A DNA stretch of 64,000 nucleotides from positions 3,927-67,926 of the forward strand of contig JAXHMW010000016.1 of NCBI GenBank assembly GCA_034521065.1, given 5' to 3'. Shown in pieces: positions 1 through 9,356 of this stretch (the first letter of the stretch is position 1; every line of letters starts with the position of its first letter). The stretch comes from Planctomycetota bacterium (GTDB lineage Bacteria > Planctomycetota > B143-G9). A model generated the notes under the pieces. The model had not been told where the DNA came from. It made no database searches and saw only the letters and a list, made by a program, of their open reading frames with translations. The position numbers and the translations under genes were made by a program.

Positions 1-420
1 CCGCTTTTGCCCTCCGAAATATCCGATGCCGAAGAGGCTCTCGACCCAGTCGGAGCAATCTACTACGCGACATTCGAACAGTTCGACGACTCGGGAGTTA
101 CCGAGCCCGATCCCCCTGAGGGCGAGACCGAGAACCTTGGAAACCTGCCGAACGCATACATAAACGTTTATGGATGGGGCAGGGCGTTCGAAAGGGTGGG
201 AGAGTCCGACTTCGCGCCGGTATGTGACTCGGCCTGTATTGCAAGGGTCAAATTGGGTTTCAGTACCGCTACCGTTACCGTTCCCGTCAACGGCGAGCCC
301 AATGTCCGCATATATGATTTCGAGATCGAAGTTGTCTCTCTGACCGAGCGCAAGCGAATCGAGGTGGGCGGTTCAGAGTGGCCTGCCGGTATAGATGGCA
401 CTACGTGGTTTCTGGAATAG
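1..420 (+). CDS. hypothetical protein, C-terminal fragment (5' end outside window)
   Basis: Frame 1 is open from nt 1 to TAG 418-420 (the ORF track lists it from an internal TTG at 7). I recognise no motif. It is followed by a hairpin terminator. Confidence 0.45.
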   Translation, partial: PLLPSEISDAEEALDPVGAIYYATFEQFDDSGVTEPDPPEGETENLGNLPNAYINVYGWGRAFERVGESDFAPVCDSACIARVKLGFSTATVTVPVNGEPNVRIYDFEIEVVSLTERKRIEVGGSEWPAGIDGTTWFLE

Positions 421-445
421 TGCACGAATATGTGATAGTTTCGGA

Positions 446-474
446 CAGGGGCGTTTAACGCCCCTGTTTCATTT
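446..474 (+). terminator. rho-independent terminator
   Basis: CAGGGGCG-TTTAA-CGCCCCTG forms an 8-bp GC stem (446-466) followed by TTTCATTT, 26 nt after the upstream stop. Confidence 0.5.
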
Positions 475-489
475 GTGAAGGGAGAAAAT

Positions 490-1512
490 ATGAAGGCGAT
501 GGTTCTGACAGAACAGGGCTGTAGGCTAAAAAAGAAGGATATAGAAAAGCCTGTGCCCGAAGAGGGGCAGGTGCGACTTGAAGTGCAGGTGTGCGGTATC
601 TGCCGAACCGACCTGCATGTTTTAGACGGTGATTTAGATCATCCCAAGCTGCCGCTTGTCATGGGACATCAGATTGTGGGGAAGGTTGACAAGGTCGGCA
701 AGGGAGTGACCAAGGTTTCGCAAGGCGACAAGATCGGTGTGCCGTGGCTTGGCGAAAGCTGCGGCAAGTGCTACTACTGTGTCAACGACATGGAAAACCT
801 CTGTGACAACGCTATCTATACCGGATATCATCGTGACGGCGGCTTTGCTGAATACTGTGTTGCGCACGAGGACTACTGTTTCCCTATCCCCGAGGGTTAT
901 CCTGACCTACAGGCCGCTCCTCTTCTGTGCGCGGGGCTAATCGGCTACCGCTCTTTCCGCAAGACAGGGGACGCAAAGAGGATCGGATTCTACGGTTTCG
1001 GAGCATCCGCTCACATACTGTGCCAGGTTGCGGGCTATTTCGACCGGGAGGTTTACGCCTTCACAAGAGAAGGTGACAAAAGCGGCCAGGCCTTTGCGAG
1101 GGAACTCGGTTCCGTATGGGCTGGTGCGTCAACAGAACGCCCGCCTGTCGAACTCGATGCGGCCATCATCTTTGCACCAGCGGGGCATTTGGTCGTGGAG
1201 GCCCTTAAATCTTTGCGTAAAGGTGGCAGGTTAGTTTGCGCAGGCATCCACATGTCGGACATACCCTCCTTTCCTTACGAACTTCTGTGGGGAGAACGGG
1301 AAATTGTCTCCGTCGCCAATCTTACGAGACGCGACGGTGAGGAGTTTATGGCCATCGCGCCAAAGGTGCCGGTGAAGACCACCGTCCATGAGTACCCTCT
1401 CGAAAGGACGAACGAGGCACTCGAGGATTTGCGTAACGGGGCCTTTGACGGGGCCGCGGTGATTCGGGTGGCGCAAATAGAGAAACCGGCGGCCTTTCGA
1501 CCGCCGGTGTGA
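490..1512 (+). CDS. zinc-dependent alcohol dehydrogenase (MDR superfamily)
   Basis: It carries the GICRTDLHVLDG and GHQIVGKVDKVG Zn-ligand regions, a CGKCYYC structural-Zn Cys cluster and a GFYGFGASAH Rossmann motif. An AGGGAG SD sits upstream of ATG 490, so the ORF-track GTG 475 is unlikely to be the start. Confidence 0.85.
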   Translation: MKAMVLTEQGCRLKKKDIEKPVPEEGQVRLEVQVCGICRTDLHVLDGDLDHPKLPLVMGHQIVGKVDKVGKGVTKVSQGDKIGVPWLGESCGKCYYCVNDMENLCDNAIYTGYHRDGGFAEYCVAHEDYCFPIPEGYPDLQAAPLLCAGLIGYRSFRKTGDAKRIGFYGFGASAHILCQVAGYFDREVYAFTREGDKSGQAFARELGSVWAGASTERPPVELDAAIIFAPAGHLVVEALKSLRKGGRLVCAGIHMSDIPSFPYELLWGEREIVSVANLTRRDGEEFMAIAPKVPVKTTVHEYPLERTNEALEDLRNGAFDGAAVIRVAQIEKPAAFRPPV

Positions 1513-2871
1513 ATTCGCTGGAAACGGGGAAAAGGTCAGCGGGCAGAGCGAGCCCATCGGATCCCACGGGGGCAGGACGGTCGGTTCGGCCTCAAGGGCT
1601 TTTCTGAGTTCTTCGGGCAACCTGTCCTTGTGGACGGCTATCTCGAACATGTACTCGTCAAACCAGGAGTCGTTCATGACGTAGAAGCCCTTTTTGCCGT
1701 TCTCGTCACCCCAGGAGTTCTCGACCCGCCAGCGCCGGGGTTTGCCGTCAACTACGTCAACTCCCGTGAACAGCATCGCGTGCGTCATCTGAGTCTGGTG
1801 ATAGAGCAGCCTGGCGGCCTTGTCCAGCCTGAACTCGGTGCCGTAGAGCCTGTCGTACTCGTAAAGGCGCGCATCCCACACGCCCTTCTTGCGGTCCATC
1901 ATCTTGCCGACATCGCAGCCGAACCAGACCGGTTCTCCGCTTTCGAGCACCTGCCGGGCCATGTCCTTCATTACGGATATGTCAGCGTTGAGGTATTTTA
2001 CGATCTCGCCGCCAACGATGTTGCCGAGATACTTGACCGTGTAAGTTGCATTGAATGGACTGGATTTGCGGGGGTCATGCACAAGGCAGGCATAGTCGGC
2101 GTATGGGATGGTTATGTACTTTTCAGCGAACTGTTGCGGAGTCATCCTGCCGTCGCGATGGAACTTATCGTCCTTGTCCTTCCACTGCCAGTCGAATTCG
2201 CGCGGCGGGTTTCCGAGGTGGATGGCCAGTATGCGGTATATGTCGGCGAGATATTCCTCGCATATCTCGTGCAGCGCGTCCTTTTCGCCTCCGGCTTTCG
2301 CGGCCTTGCGGATGGTCATGGCTCCTTCGCGAAGCTTTTCGAGCAGTATCGAGTTCAGGCGGCGAGTGGATGATGAGCTTTGGCTCTCGGGCATTGCGGA
2401 CTTGGGAACAACGCCGTATTTCTTTATTATGTTGACGAACATGTTCCACTGTCCGCCGTCGTCGAGCGGGCGGTCGAGGAGAAATGCGACTGTGCGGTCG
2501 TCAATGTCCTTATCGGCGGTCTCTGTGATGACGTGCAGAAAGTAGTTGGAGCGCTCGAACTTGTCCCAGAAGAGGGGATAGTTTTGAGAGAACTCGAACT
2601 TCTTGACGTTCATCTTTTCCATGGCTCCCGCGCGGAAAAGGTTGAGACCGGCGAAGAGCCAGCATCTGCCCGACTGCTTCTGATGCGTCACCTCCCACTT
2701 GTCGAGGTGGGTGGAAAAGGTGTGGTCGGTTGTGCAAAGGACGTCGCGGTTAAGTGCCACGTCGTCGGCGGAGACGTTCGTGACCGCGTTCTGAACCGTC
2801 TTCAGGTGCGGGTCTTGTGCGAATTCCTCTGAGAGCCTGTTGAGCATCTCTTCGGTTATGGGATGGTGCAT
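1231..2871 (-). CDS. pepC: aminopeptidase C / bleomycin-hydrolase-type cysteine peptidase (C1B); ORF runs 104 codons past the conserved C-terminus
   Basis: The active-site QKQSGRCWLFAG, HAMLFTGVD and ENSWG motifs are present. The family-typical end LPPWDPMGSL lies at about 1545, but the first in-frame stop is at 1231, antisense to the adh 3' end. A +1-frame TGA is at 1538-1536. Confidence 0.85.
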   Translation of the reverse strand: MHHPITEEMLNRLSEEFAQDPHLKTVQNAVTNVSADDVALNRDVLCTTDHTFSTHLDKWEVTHQKQSGRCWLFAGLNLFRAGAMEKMNVKKFEFSQNYPLFWDKFERSNYFLHVITETADKDIDDRTVAFLLDRPLDDGGQWNMFVNIIKKYGVVPKSAMPESQSSSSTRRLNSILLEKLREGAMTIRKAAKAGGEKDALHEICEEYLADIYRILAIHLGNPPREFDWQWKDKDDKFHRDGRMTPQQFAEKYITIPYADYACLVHDPRKSSPFNATYTVKYLGNIVGGEIVKYLNADISVMKDMARQVLESGEPVWFGCDVGKMMDRKKGVWDARLYEYDRLYGTEFRLDKAARLLYHQTQMTHAMLFTGVDVVDGKPRRWRVENSWGDENGKKGFYVMNDSWFDEYMFEIAVHKDRLPEELRKALEAEPTVLPPWDPMGSLCPLTFSPFPANSHRRSKGRRFLYLRHPNHRGPVKGPVTQILECLVRPFERVLMDGGLHRHLWRDGHKLLTVASRKIGDGDNFPFSPQKFVRKGGYVRHVDACAN

Positions 2872-2935
2872 CTGTCCTCCGTTTCATGTAGTGAATATTC
2901 AATTATAGCCGAACGCAGACGACCGGAGACCGTTT

Positions 2936-3920
2936 TCAGTACAACTCTTCGAGGTCCACTATGTTATGAGGCTCGCCGTTTACACAGGAGTTCACGAGCC
3001 TCGCCACGTCCTCCATCCGGTCGAATTCCCGTCCTTCAACATGTGTCGCCCTGTGAGGGCTGAAAACCACGTTTTCGAACTCGTTCAGAGGGAAGCGTGA
3101 AGGGGGCGTTTTCGAGCGCATTTCTTCAGAACTTGGATAGTGCCACCAGGTATCAATCGCCGCTGCCCGTAGCCTTCCGCCCGAAAGTGCATCGTGAAGC
3201 GCCTTCTCGTTCACCACCGGGCCCCTGCCGACGTTTACGAACACCGCGCCTTCCTTCAGGCGTTCGAATACGTCGGCATTGACGAAGTTATCGGTCGCAG
3301 GCGTGTGGGGAAGGGTGCATATCAATGCGTCGGCTTCCGGCAGCAGGCGGTGGAGGTCGTCCGAAGTGCCGTGAAAGTCAGCAGGATGCGAATCGCCGCC
3401 GGTACGGCTTACGGCGGATATGTGCGCATCGAAGGGCCTTAACATCTCGGCGAGTTTCCTGCCAATCGCTCCGAATCCGAGCAGCAGAACGTTGCGCTTG
3501 AGCATCGTAACGCCCCACTGGCCGGCGTACCGCGGAGTCCAGTCGCCTTTTTTCATCTTATCGTGGGCGGGAATTGTATGCCTCGCGGCGGTGAGCAGCA
3601 GTCCAAGCGCGTGTTCTGCAGCGAAGACGGCGTTGAAGTGGCTGTTGAGAACTGTTATGTGCCGCCTGCGAAGAAGCTCCTCGCGGTCGGAAACAGGCAG
3701 GCCGGTGAAGGGAATTATGTAAAATTTCAGCCGGTCCGCACGGTCGAACATTTCTGGGCCGATTCGATGCGAGACGATGATCTCGAATTCGCCGGCGCGC
3801 TCGATTGCCTCGTCCATGCGGTCTCTTCGAAGGTGAGTGAGACGCACAGGTATCTGCGAGCCTCTCGGTCAGGTGTGCTACTTCATCTTCTGAGTTGCCG
3901 GACAGGAGAAGGGTATTCAT
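2936..3920 (-). CDS. D-isomer-specific 2-hydroxyacid dehydrogenase, apparent frame break near 3850
   Basis: It has the LLLGFGAIGRKL NAD-binding motif plus NVGRGPVV and SPHRATH. The ORF track starts at GTG 3847. An SD-preceded ATG at 3920 encodes MNTLLLSGNSEDEVAHLTERL in another frame, which reads like the missing N-terminus. Confidence 0.75.
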
Positions 3921-3929
3921 TCGTCCCTC

Positions 3930-3955
3930 ACAAGAAAGGGCGCACATGGCGCCCT
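3930..3955 (-). terminator. hairpin terminator after the trpS / small membrane protein pair
   Basis: AGGGCGC-ACATG-GCGCCCT forms a 7-bp stem (3937-3955), followed on the minus strand by TTCTTG. Confidence 0.4.
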
Positions 3956-4008
3956 TAGGTGTCGAAAGCGAATGGAAGACGCAACGCGTCCTCCGGTCAG
4001 AAACCCGT

Positions 4009-4326
4009 TCACGATGCGCATGCAGCCTTGCGCACGGTGTTGACTTTAACCCATTTTGAAGTGGTCTCATCGGAAAGTGCGTCAGGGTGTGGCAGACGTG
4101 TAACGGCATCGAAAGACGAAAGCTCGCATAGCTTGGCGTGAGTGAACTCTTCTGAGGAAGTCAGGTCAACCACGCGCCCGTCTGCTTCGTCGGGCTCGCC
4201 GTACAGGATGTAAGTGCTGGAGTAAGCGTAATATATGCCGTATGCAGCGGCACCGAGGACTATGATGCTGAGTATCAGCCTTATGAGTCTCAGTACTGAG
4301 AACTTCTCGTTCGCCTGTTTGTTCAT
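4009..4326 (-). CDS. small membrane-anchored hypothetical protein
   Basis: This 105-aa ORF starts 2 nt after the trpS stop. It has one N-terminal TM helix (LIRLILSIIVLGAAAYGIYYAY). I recognise no family. Confidence 0.5.
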   Translation of the reverse strand: MNKQANEKFSVLRLIRLILSIIVLGAAAYGIYYAYSSTYILYGEPDEADGRVVDLTSSEEFTHAKLCELSSFDAVTRLPHPDALSDETTSKWVKVNTVRKAACAS

Positions 4327-4328
4327 CG

Positions 4329-5300
4329 CTATTTCCGTTTTGGTATTCCGGCAGCCTGTCTGACCTTTTCGAGTACCTTGTGAGCGGCTTCCCGCGCAGT
4401 CTTCGCACCCTGTGCGAGAACGGAGTCAACGTAGTCCATATCGTTTACGAGCTTCTCGCGCTTCTCGCGGGCCTCACCGAAGACCTCGTGTATCTTGTTC
4501 AGAAGCTCCTTCTTTGCATGGCCGTAGCCGTAGCCACCTGCTTCGAGCTTCTGCTTCATCTGCTGGGCCTCTTCTTCTGACGCGAGATGGCGGTAAATGT
4601 TGAACACGTTGTTGGTTTCGGCATCCTTAGGTTCTTCGAGGCCCTTTGAGTCGGTCACGATGCCCATGACCATCTTCTTGAGTTTTCCCTTCGGAGCGAA
4701 AATATCGATGGTGTTGCCGTATGATTTCGACATCTTCTGTCCGTCGGTTCCGCAAATGGAGGCTCTGGATTTGAGTATTTTGGCTTCCGGAACCTTCAGA
4801 GTTTCGCCATAGGCGTTGTTGAACGCGACCGCGATATCGCGCGTGACCTCCACATGCTGGCGCTGGTCTTCTCCGACGGGGACGATATCGGAGTCGAACG
4901 CGAGGATGTCGGCAGCCATTAGTACGGGATACGCAAAAAGCCCGTGATTGGGCGTCTGGCCCCTTGCCACCTTGTCCTTGTAGGCATGGCAGCGTTGCAG
5001 AAGCCCCATGCTGGTAACGCAGGACAGGTACCATGCGAGTTCGGGAATCTGCGGGATGTCGCTCTGCATGAAAAGCACCGAACGCTCGGGGTCTAAACCG
5101 AGCGCGAGGAAGTCCAGCGCGACATCGTACGCGTACTGACGGGCCATTTCGGAGTCGGAGATGGTTGTCAGCGCGTGCAGGTTCGCAATGAAGTAGAATC
5201 CGTCGGTGGAGTCCTGCAGTTCGATGAACTGTCGAATCGCTCCGAGGTAGTTTGCAATATGAAGTTTGCCGCTTGGCTGAACGCCGGACAGGCTTCGCAT
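4329..5300 (-). CDS. trpS: tryptophan--tRNA ligase
   Basis: GKLHIANYLGAI (HIGH-type) and KMSKSYGNTI (KMSKS) class I motifs are present. ATG 5300 (MRSLSGVQPSG) is preferred over the ORF-track start at 5333. Confidence 0.92.
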   Translation of the reverse strand: MRSLSGVQPSGKLHIANYLGAIRQFIELQDSTDGFYFIANLHALTTISDSEMARQYAYDVALDFLALGLDPERSVLFMQSDIPQIPELAWYLSCVTSMGLLQRCHAYKDKVARGQTPNHGLFAYPVLMAADILAFDSDIVPVGEDQRQHVEVTRDIAVAFNNAYGETLKVPEAKILKSRASICGTDGQKMSKSYGNTIDIFAPKGKLKKMVMGIVTDSKGLEEPKDAETNNVFNIYRHLASEEEAQQMKQKLEAGGYGYGHAKKELLNKIHEVFGEAREKREKLVNDMDYVDSVLAQGAKTAREAAHKVLEKVRQAAGIPKRK

Positions 5301-5354
5301 TCGGTCCCTCCGGGGATTGGTTGTCTGACACAACGAATTATATACAATTTCAGT

Positions 5355-5840
5355 ATGAAAAAGATACCGAATGTATTCCTCCAGATTCCCGGTTACCGTT
5401 GTTTCGGGTGTTCGCCTGAAAACGAGTTCGGACTCAAGTTAGAATTCTTCGCCGTTGACGCCGACACCTGTGTCACCCGCTACGACCCTTCGGAGAACTA
5501 CTCCGGCTTCCCCGGTATCCTGCACGGCGGGATAGCTTCCACGTTGCTGGACGAACTCGCCTTCTGGACCACGTTCCACAAAATGGGCCGTTTCGGCTTC
5601 ACAGGACGGCTGAATCTCAAGTTCTCCAAAGCGACTCCGTCCGACCAGCCGTTGAAAGTTGTCGCGAAGGTGAAATATGTCAAGCGCAGAATCGTAGGAC
5701 TGGAAGGAAATTTGCTGGTTGAAAACACCGGCGAGAAAACCGTAACGGCGGACATCGTTTACGTGCTCGCCACGCAAAAGAACTGGGAGCAGCTCACAGG
5801 CACCCCTGTTCACGAGTCCATAACGAAATACCTGGGATAG
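5355..5840 (+). CDS. PaaI-type hotdog-fold thioesterase
   Basis: CFGCSPENEFGLKLEF and GILHGGIASTLLDE are typical of PaaI-family thioesterases. ATG 5355 is the likely start; the 221-aa ORF-track version would overlap the trpS promoter region. Confidence 0.7.
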   Translation: MKKIPNVFLQIPGYRCFGCSPENEFGLKLEFFAVDADTCVTRYDPSENYSGFPGILHGGIASTLLDELAFWTTFHKMGRFGFTGRLNLKFSKATPSDQPLKVVAKVKYVKRRIVGLEGNLLVENTGEKTVTADIVYVLATQKNWEQLTGTPVHESITKYLG

Positions 5841-5844
5841 ACAT

Positions 5845-7116
5845 ATGTTCAGAACAGCCTCACTCACATTCATACTGCTCTTAATTGCGACCTTAGCCTG
5901 TGCGGACGTTGTGGTCTTCAACGACGGTCAGCGCAAGGCGATAAGGGGCGAGGTGGAAAAACAGGGCGATAAGGTCATCGTCAAGGATAAGGACGGCAAG
6001 GAACAGACTTTTGCGAAAGGCGAGGTCACCGTCTATACCGAAGAGGAGTTGGGTCAGAAGTACGATGAGAGGCTCGCGGATATCGCGGGGCAAGAGTACG
6101 AGAAGTTGTTCGAGCTTGCCATGTGGTGCGACAGGGTCGGCTACGAGCTTCGCAGGGACGAGTTGCTTTTGCGCATCCTCCGGGACGACCCTATGAACGA
6201 GCTTGTCCATGAATACTTCGGTCACGTGCTGAAGGACGGGCGCTGGGTGTCTCGGAACATCGCGGACGAGTTCGGCAAGGACATCGAGAACGACCTCAAT
6301 CCCGGCGAAATGGTGGAAGTGAAGGGCAAGTACTTTACGGTTCAGACCGATACTTCAAGGAAATTCGGACAGCTATGCGCGGAGTACATGGACGGCTATG
6401 CCGAGAAAGTTATGAATCACTTCGAGCGCGAGCTTCGTTTCAGGATGAAGAAGGCCGCTTCCACGGTTGTCATCTACCAGCGCCAGGACGAGTACGACAA
6501 GCACTTCCGCGAAGCAGCCAATCAGGTGCTGCCCCGCGAGAGGCGCATAGGCATCCTCGACCCCAAGGTTTCGCGAGAGTACCAGCCGCCTGCCGACCTG
6601 TGGTTCGTTGACCCGGTCGAGTTCTGTTACGTCGGTTGCCGCTACGAACAGAAGGGGAACGTCTATCCGATGCGCGTTAATCTCCAGCTCACCGTGGGCT
6701 ACGCGCTGTACCGTGAGGGCCTTGGCGGAATGAAGACCATCTTCAAATGTGCGAGAGGCATAATGGAGGGCTTTGCCCAGTACATCGCTTGGTCGCACAT
6801 CGAGAACGAAAAGCTTGTGCCGGGCGACTACGGAGGCAGGCCAAGGGACGTGATAATTGACGCTCGAAGGGAACTCGACGCCAAATACCTTTTGAAGCTC
6901 GACCCTATAGAGTACTACGTTGAAGACAAGTATCAGCACCGGGCCGCAAGCTGGTTGTTCGCAAATCATATGCTCAGCAGCGACAAGTGGCGAAAGTACT
7001 ACATCGCGCTCGTTCGCAAGGATTCATCCGGTGGACTTCGCATGTCCGGCTTCGAGAAGATTATAAGGGGCGAGGACAAGCTGTTTGCGGAGATCAAAGG
7101 CGGAGGTGGAAAATGA
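5845..7116 (+). CDS. secreted hypothetical protein, tandem paralog A (423 aa)
   Basis: It has a signal peptide (LLLIATLACADV) and is colinear with the next gene. Shared blocks include AMWCDRVGY, LRDDP, FTVQTDTSRKFGQLC and MEGFAQYI. Confidence 0.7.
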   Translation: MFRTASLTFILLLIATLACADVVVFNDGQRKAIRGEVEKQGDKVIVKDKDGKEQTFAKGEVTVYTEEELGQKYDERLADIAGQEYEKLFELAMWCDRVGYELRRDELLLRILRDDPMNELVHEYFGHVLKDGRWVSRNIADEFGKDIENDLNPGEMVEVKGKYFTVQTDTSRKFGQLCAEYMDGYAEKVMNHFERELRFRMKKAASTVVIYQRQDEYDKHFREAANQVLPRERRIGILDPKVSREYQPPADLWFVDPVEFCYVGCRYEQKGNVYPMRVNLQLTVGYALYREGLGGMKTIFKCARGIMEGFAQYIAWSHIENEKLVPGDYGGRPRDVIIDARRELDAKYLLKLDPIEYYVEDKYQHRAASWLFANHMLSSDKWRKYYIALVRKDSSGGLRMSGFEKIIRGEDKLFAEIKGGGGK

Positions 7117-8384
7117 CGAGCCTTGCCAGAATCGCCCTTGCGACGTTCGCCCTTTTGTTGGTCTGCACGTTCGCCGCTGCGGACGTTGTCTTTTTCGTTG
7201 ACGGTGAACGCAAACCCGTCGAAGGAAAGGTTACGGAGAAGGACGGAAAGGTCTTTGTCGAGACAAGCGACGGCGGGGAACTCGAGTTCGATTCCGCTGA
7301 CGTGGCGCGTATCGTGCGCGGCAAGGGTCTCGATGACCTTTATGCCGAACGGCTCGATGCCGTGGACGGCGGAGACCTCGATGCCCTGTATATGCTTGCG
7401 CTCTGGTGCGACAGGGTGGGGCTCGTAGGGCGCAAGGCTCAGTTGATGGTTGAGATACTGCGCCGCGACCCCGACCACGCAGGAGTTCATACTTACCTTG
7501 GACACGTTTACGTGCGGGGCAAATGGATTAACCCGCGCGGTGGCGAACAGTTCGGCGACGAAATCGACAACACGTTGGGCAAGGGCAAGTTCACCGAAGT
7601 GGACGGGGAACGCTTTTTAGTTCGAACTGATACCTCGAAGGAGTTCGGCGAGCTTTGTTCGCAACACGTGGAGTACCTCTTTACAGCCGTGCAAGATGCG
7701 CTCGGCGAGGCTGTGGAGTTCAGGAAGAACCCGGAGCATCCCCAACTCATAATCCTGCAGGATTACGAGGAATACTTCGAGAAATATCGCGAGGCAGCGG
7801 CCCTCTGTCCTGATGCGGACTTCGCGCAGGACGGGCCGCCCGTACCGCGACGCTCGTGCTTTCTCCACCCCCGGAAAGGCTATCTTGTGACCTATCGCTT
7901 CGAGGGTAAGAGAGGCGAAGTGCCATTCCGTGCGATATTGCAGAAGATGACGGGGCTCGCAATCTACTACCACTACATGGGGCCAAGCAAACCCGACCGT
8001 CCGAATCGCGGATTTGCCGAAGGCTTCGGCTGTCTTATCCAGAACTCATACGTCCGACCGGACGGCGCCCTGTCTTTTTCATATGTTCCGCAGCAGTGGA
8101 AGGAAGTTCTGCGCGGCAGCGCGGTGAATCCGGAACTCGTTTTCAGCTCCGGGCATAAGGGCCTTTTCGGGCCGCGGTGGCGTGATATCGCACTGCAAAG
8201 CTACGCACTGCACAGGTACATGATGTATGCTGCCGGTGGCACGTACGGAGCGGACTACGTCAGGGCCGTGAAGGCCGACCTCAACGTGGGGCTGAGCTTC
8301 GATAAGATTATGCCGAGCGACAAAAAAATGGGACAGCTTCTCGAAGCTTGGGATCGATACGTTCGGAGCGGACTTGCCGAGTGA
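7113..8384 (+). CDS. secreted hypothetical protein, tandem paralog B (423 aa)
   Basis: ATG 7113 overlaps the stop of paralog A (ATGA). It has a signal peptide (LLLVCTFAAADV) and the blocks ALWCDRVGL, LRRDP, FLVRTDTSKEFGELC and AEGFGCLI. The ORF-track start at 6987 lies inside paralog A. Confidence 0.7.
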   Translation: MTSLARIALATFALLLVCTFAAADVVFFVDGERKPVEGKVTEKDGKVFVETSDGGELEFDSADVARIVRGKGLDDLYAERLDAVDGGDLDALYMLALWCDRVGLVGRKAQLMVEILRRDPDHAGVHTYLGHVYVRGKWINPRGGEQFGDEIDNTLGKGKFTEVDGERFLVRTDTSKEFGELCSQHVEYLFTAVQDALGEAVEFRKNPEHPQLIILQDYEEYFEKYREAAALCPDADFAQDGPPVPRRSCFLHPRKGYLVTYRFEGKRGEVPFRAILQKMTGLAIYYHYMGPSKPDRPNRGFAEGFGCLIQNSYVRPDGALSFSYVPQQWKEVLRGSAVNPELVFSSGHKGLFGPRWRDIALQSYALHRYMMYAAGGTYGADYVRAVKADLNVGLSFDKIMPSDKKMGQLLEAWDRYVRSGLAE

Positions 8385-8440
8385 GTGCAAAGCTCACATT
8401 CGTTCAATGAAGTCGCGTATCATTACATGCAGGTGATGAT

Positions 8441-9277
8441 ATGCGAGAAACTGGTAAGACCGACCCTCAACCCGAGACACCGGATCTTTCCACCGCGAAA
8501 CCCGCGGTGCGCGAACGCTACTTATTTGCACTCGACACCGCCCTGCGCGCGGGCAGAATACTCAACCGGGCCTTTCACGGTTCCGTAGCAGTATGCTACA
8601 AAAGCGAGGTTGACCCCGTGACCGATGCGGATATCGAAAGCGAGAGGTATATCTCTTCTGCCATAAGAGAGAGGTTCACAACGGACGACATAATCGCCGA
8701 AGAACTTTCTGCAGAAGCCGAAACCGGCGAGGTCTTCTGGCTGGTTGATCCCTTGGACGGCACAGTTAACTTCTCGCACGGGCTGCCCTGGTTCGCGGTT
8801 TCCATTGCCTGCGCGATGAAAGGGAAAGTGGTCGTGGGGGTTGTGCACGCACCTGTAACCGGTTGGACCTTCAGTGCCGCTGAAGGCCACGGAGCCTGGC
8901 TTAACGGCGCGCCTATACATGTATCGGATTCGAAGCAGATGCGGCGCAGCATTATCGCCACCGGCTTCCCGTATGACCGTGTCCGGACGCGGCGAAACTT
9001 CTCTGAGCACGAAAGAGTGCTGCTCGCCGCACAGGACGTGCGGCGCATGGGAAGCGCGGCAATTGACATATGCATGACGGCGATGGGCGCTTTCGACGGA
9101 TATTACGAGTTCGGTCTCGGCCCGTGGGACTTCGCCGCGGGCTCGCTTGTCGCAAGGGAGGCGGGAGCGGTTGACAGCCAGCCGGACGGTTCCCCCGTGA
9201 ACATCATTGGCGACAAATACCTTTGCTCCAACCCCAATATCCATCGCGAACTCGTGGCTCTCGTATCCGGCGAGTGA
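8441..9277 (+). CDS. suhB: inositol monophosphatase family protein
   Basis: WLVDPLDGTVNFSHG and the GSAAIDICM...DGYYE region match the IMPase/FBPase superfamily. Confidence 0.85.
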   Translation: MRETGKTDPQPETPDLSTAKPAVRERYLFALDTALRAGRILNRAFHGSVAVCYKSEVDPVTDADIESERYISSAIRERFTTDDIIAEELSAEAETGEVFWLVDPLDGTVNFSHGLPWFAVSIACAMKGKVVVGVVHAPVTGWTFSAAEGHGAWLNGAPIHVSDSKQMRRSIIATGFPYDRVRTRRNFSEHERVLLAAQDVRRMGSAAIDICMTAMGAFDGYYEFGLGPWDFAAGSLVAREAGAVDSQPDGSPVNIIGDKYLCSNPNIHRELVALVSGE

Positions 9278-9356
9278 GTCATCGGCGTCAATATCACCAA
9301 AAACGGTAGAATATACTGCCACCAGCAAACCCCATGGAGAGCACCGAATGATAGTT

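Noticed and set aside
1231-1512. Genuine dual coding, with the pepC tail antisense to the adh 3' end.
   Set aside because: The 104-aa extension is Arg/His/Pro/Gly-rich and unlike any domain. A +1-frame stop sits three codons after the conserved PepC end, and the assembly shows many indels elsewhere.
6208-6225. HEYFGH in paralog A as a possible zinc-metalloprotease motif.
   Set aside because: The spacing is HExxxH, not HExxH. The paralog has HTYLGH at the same position, so the Glu is not conserved.
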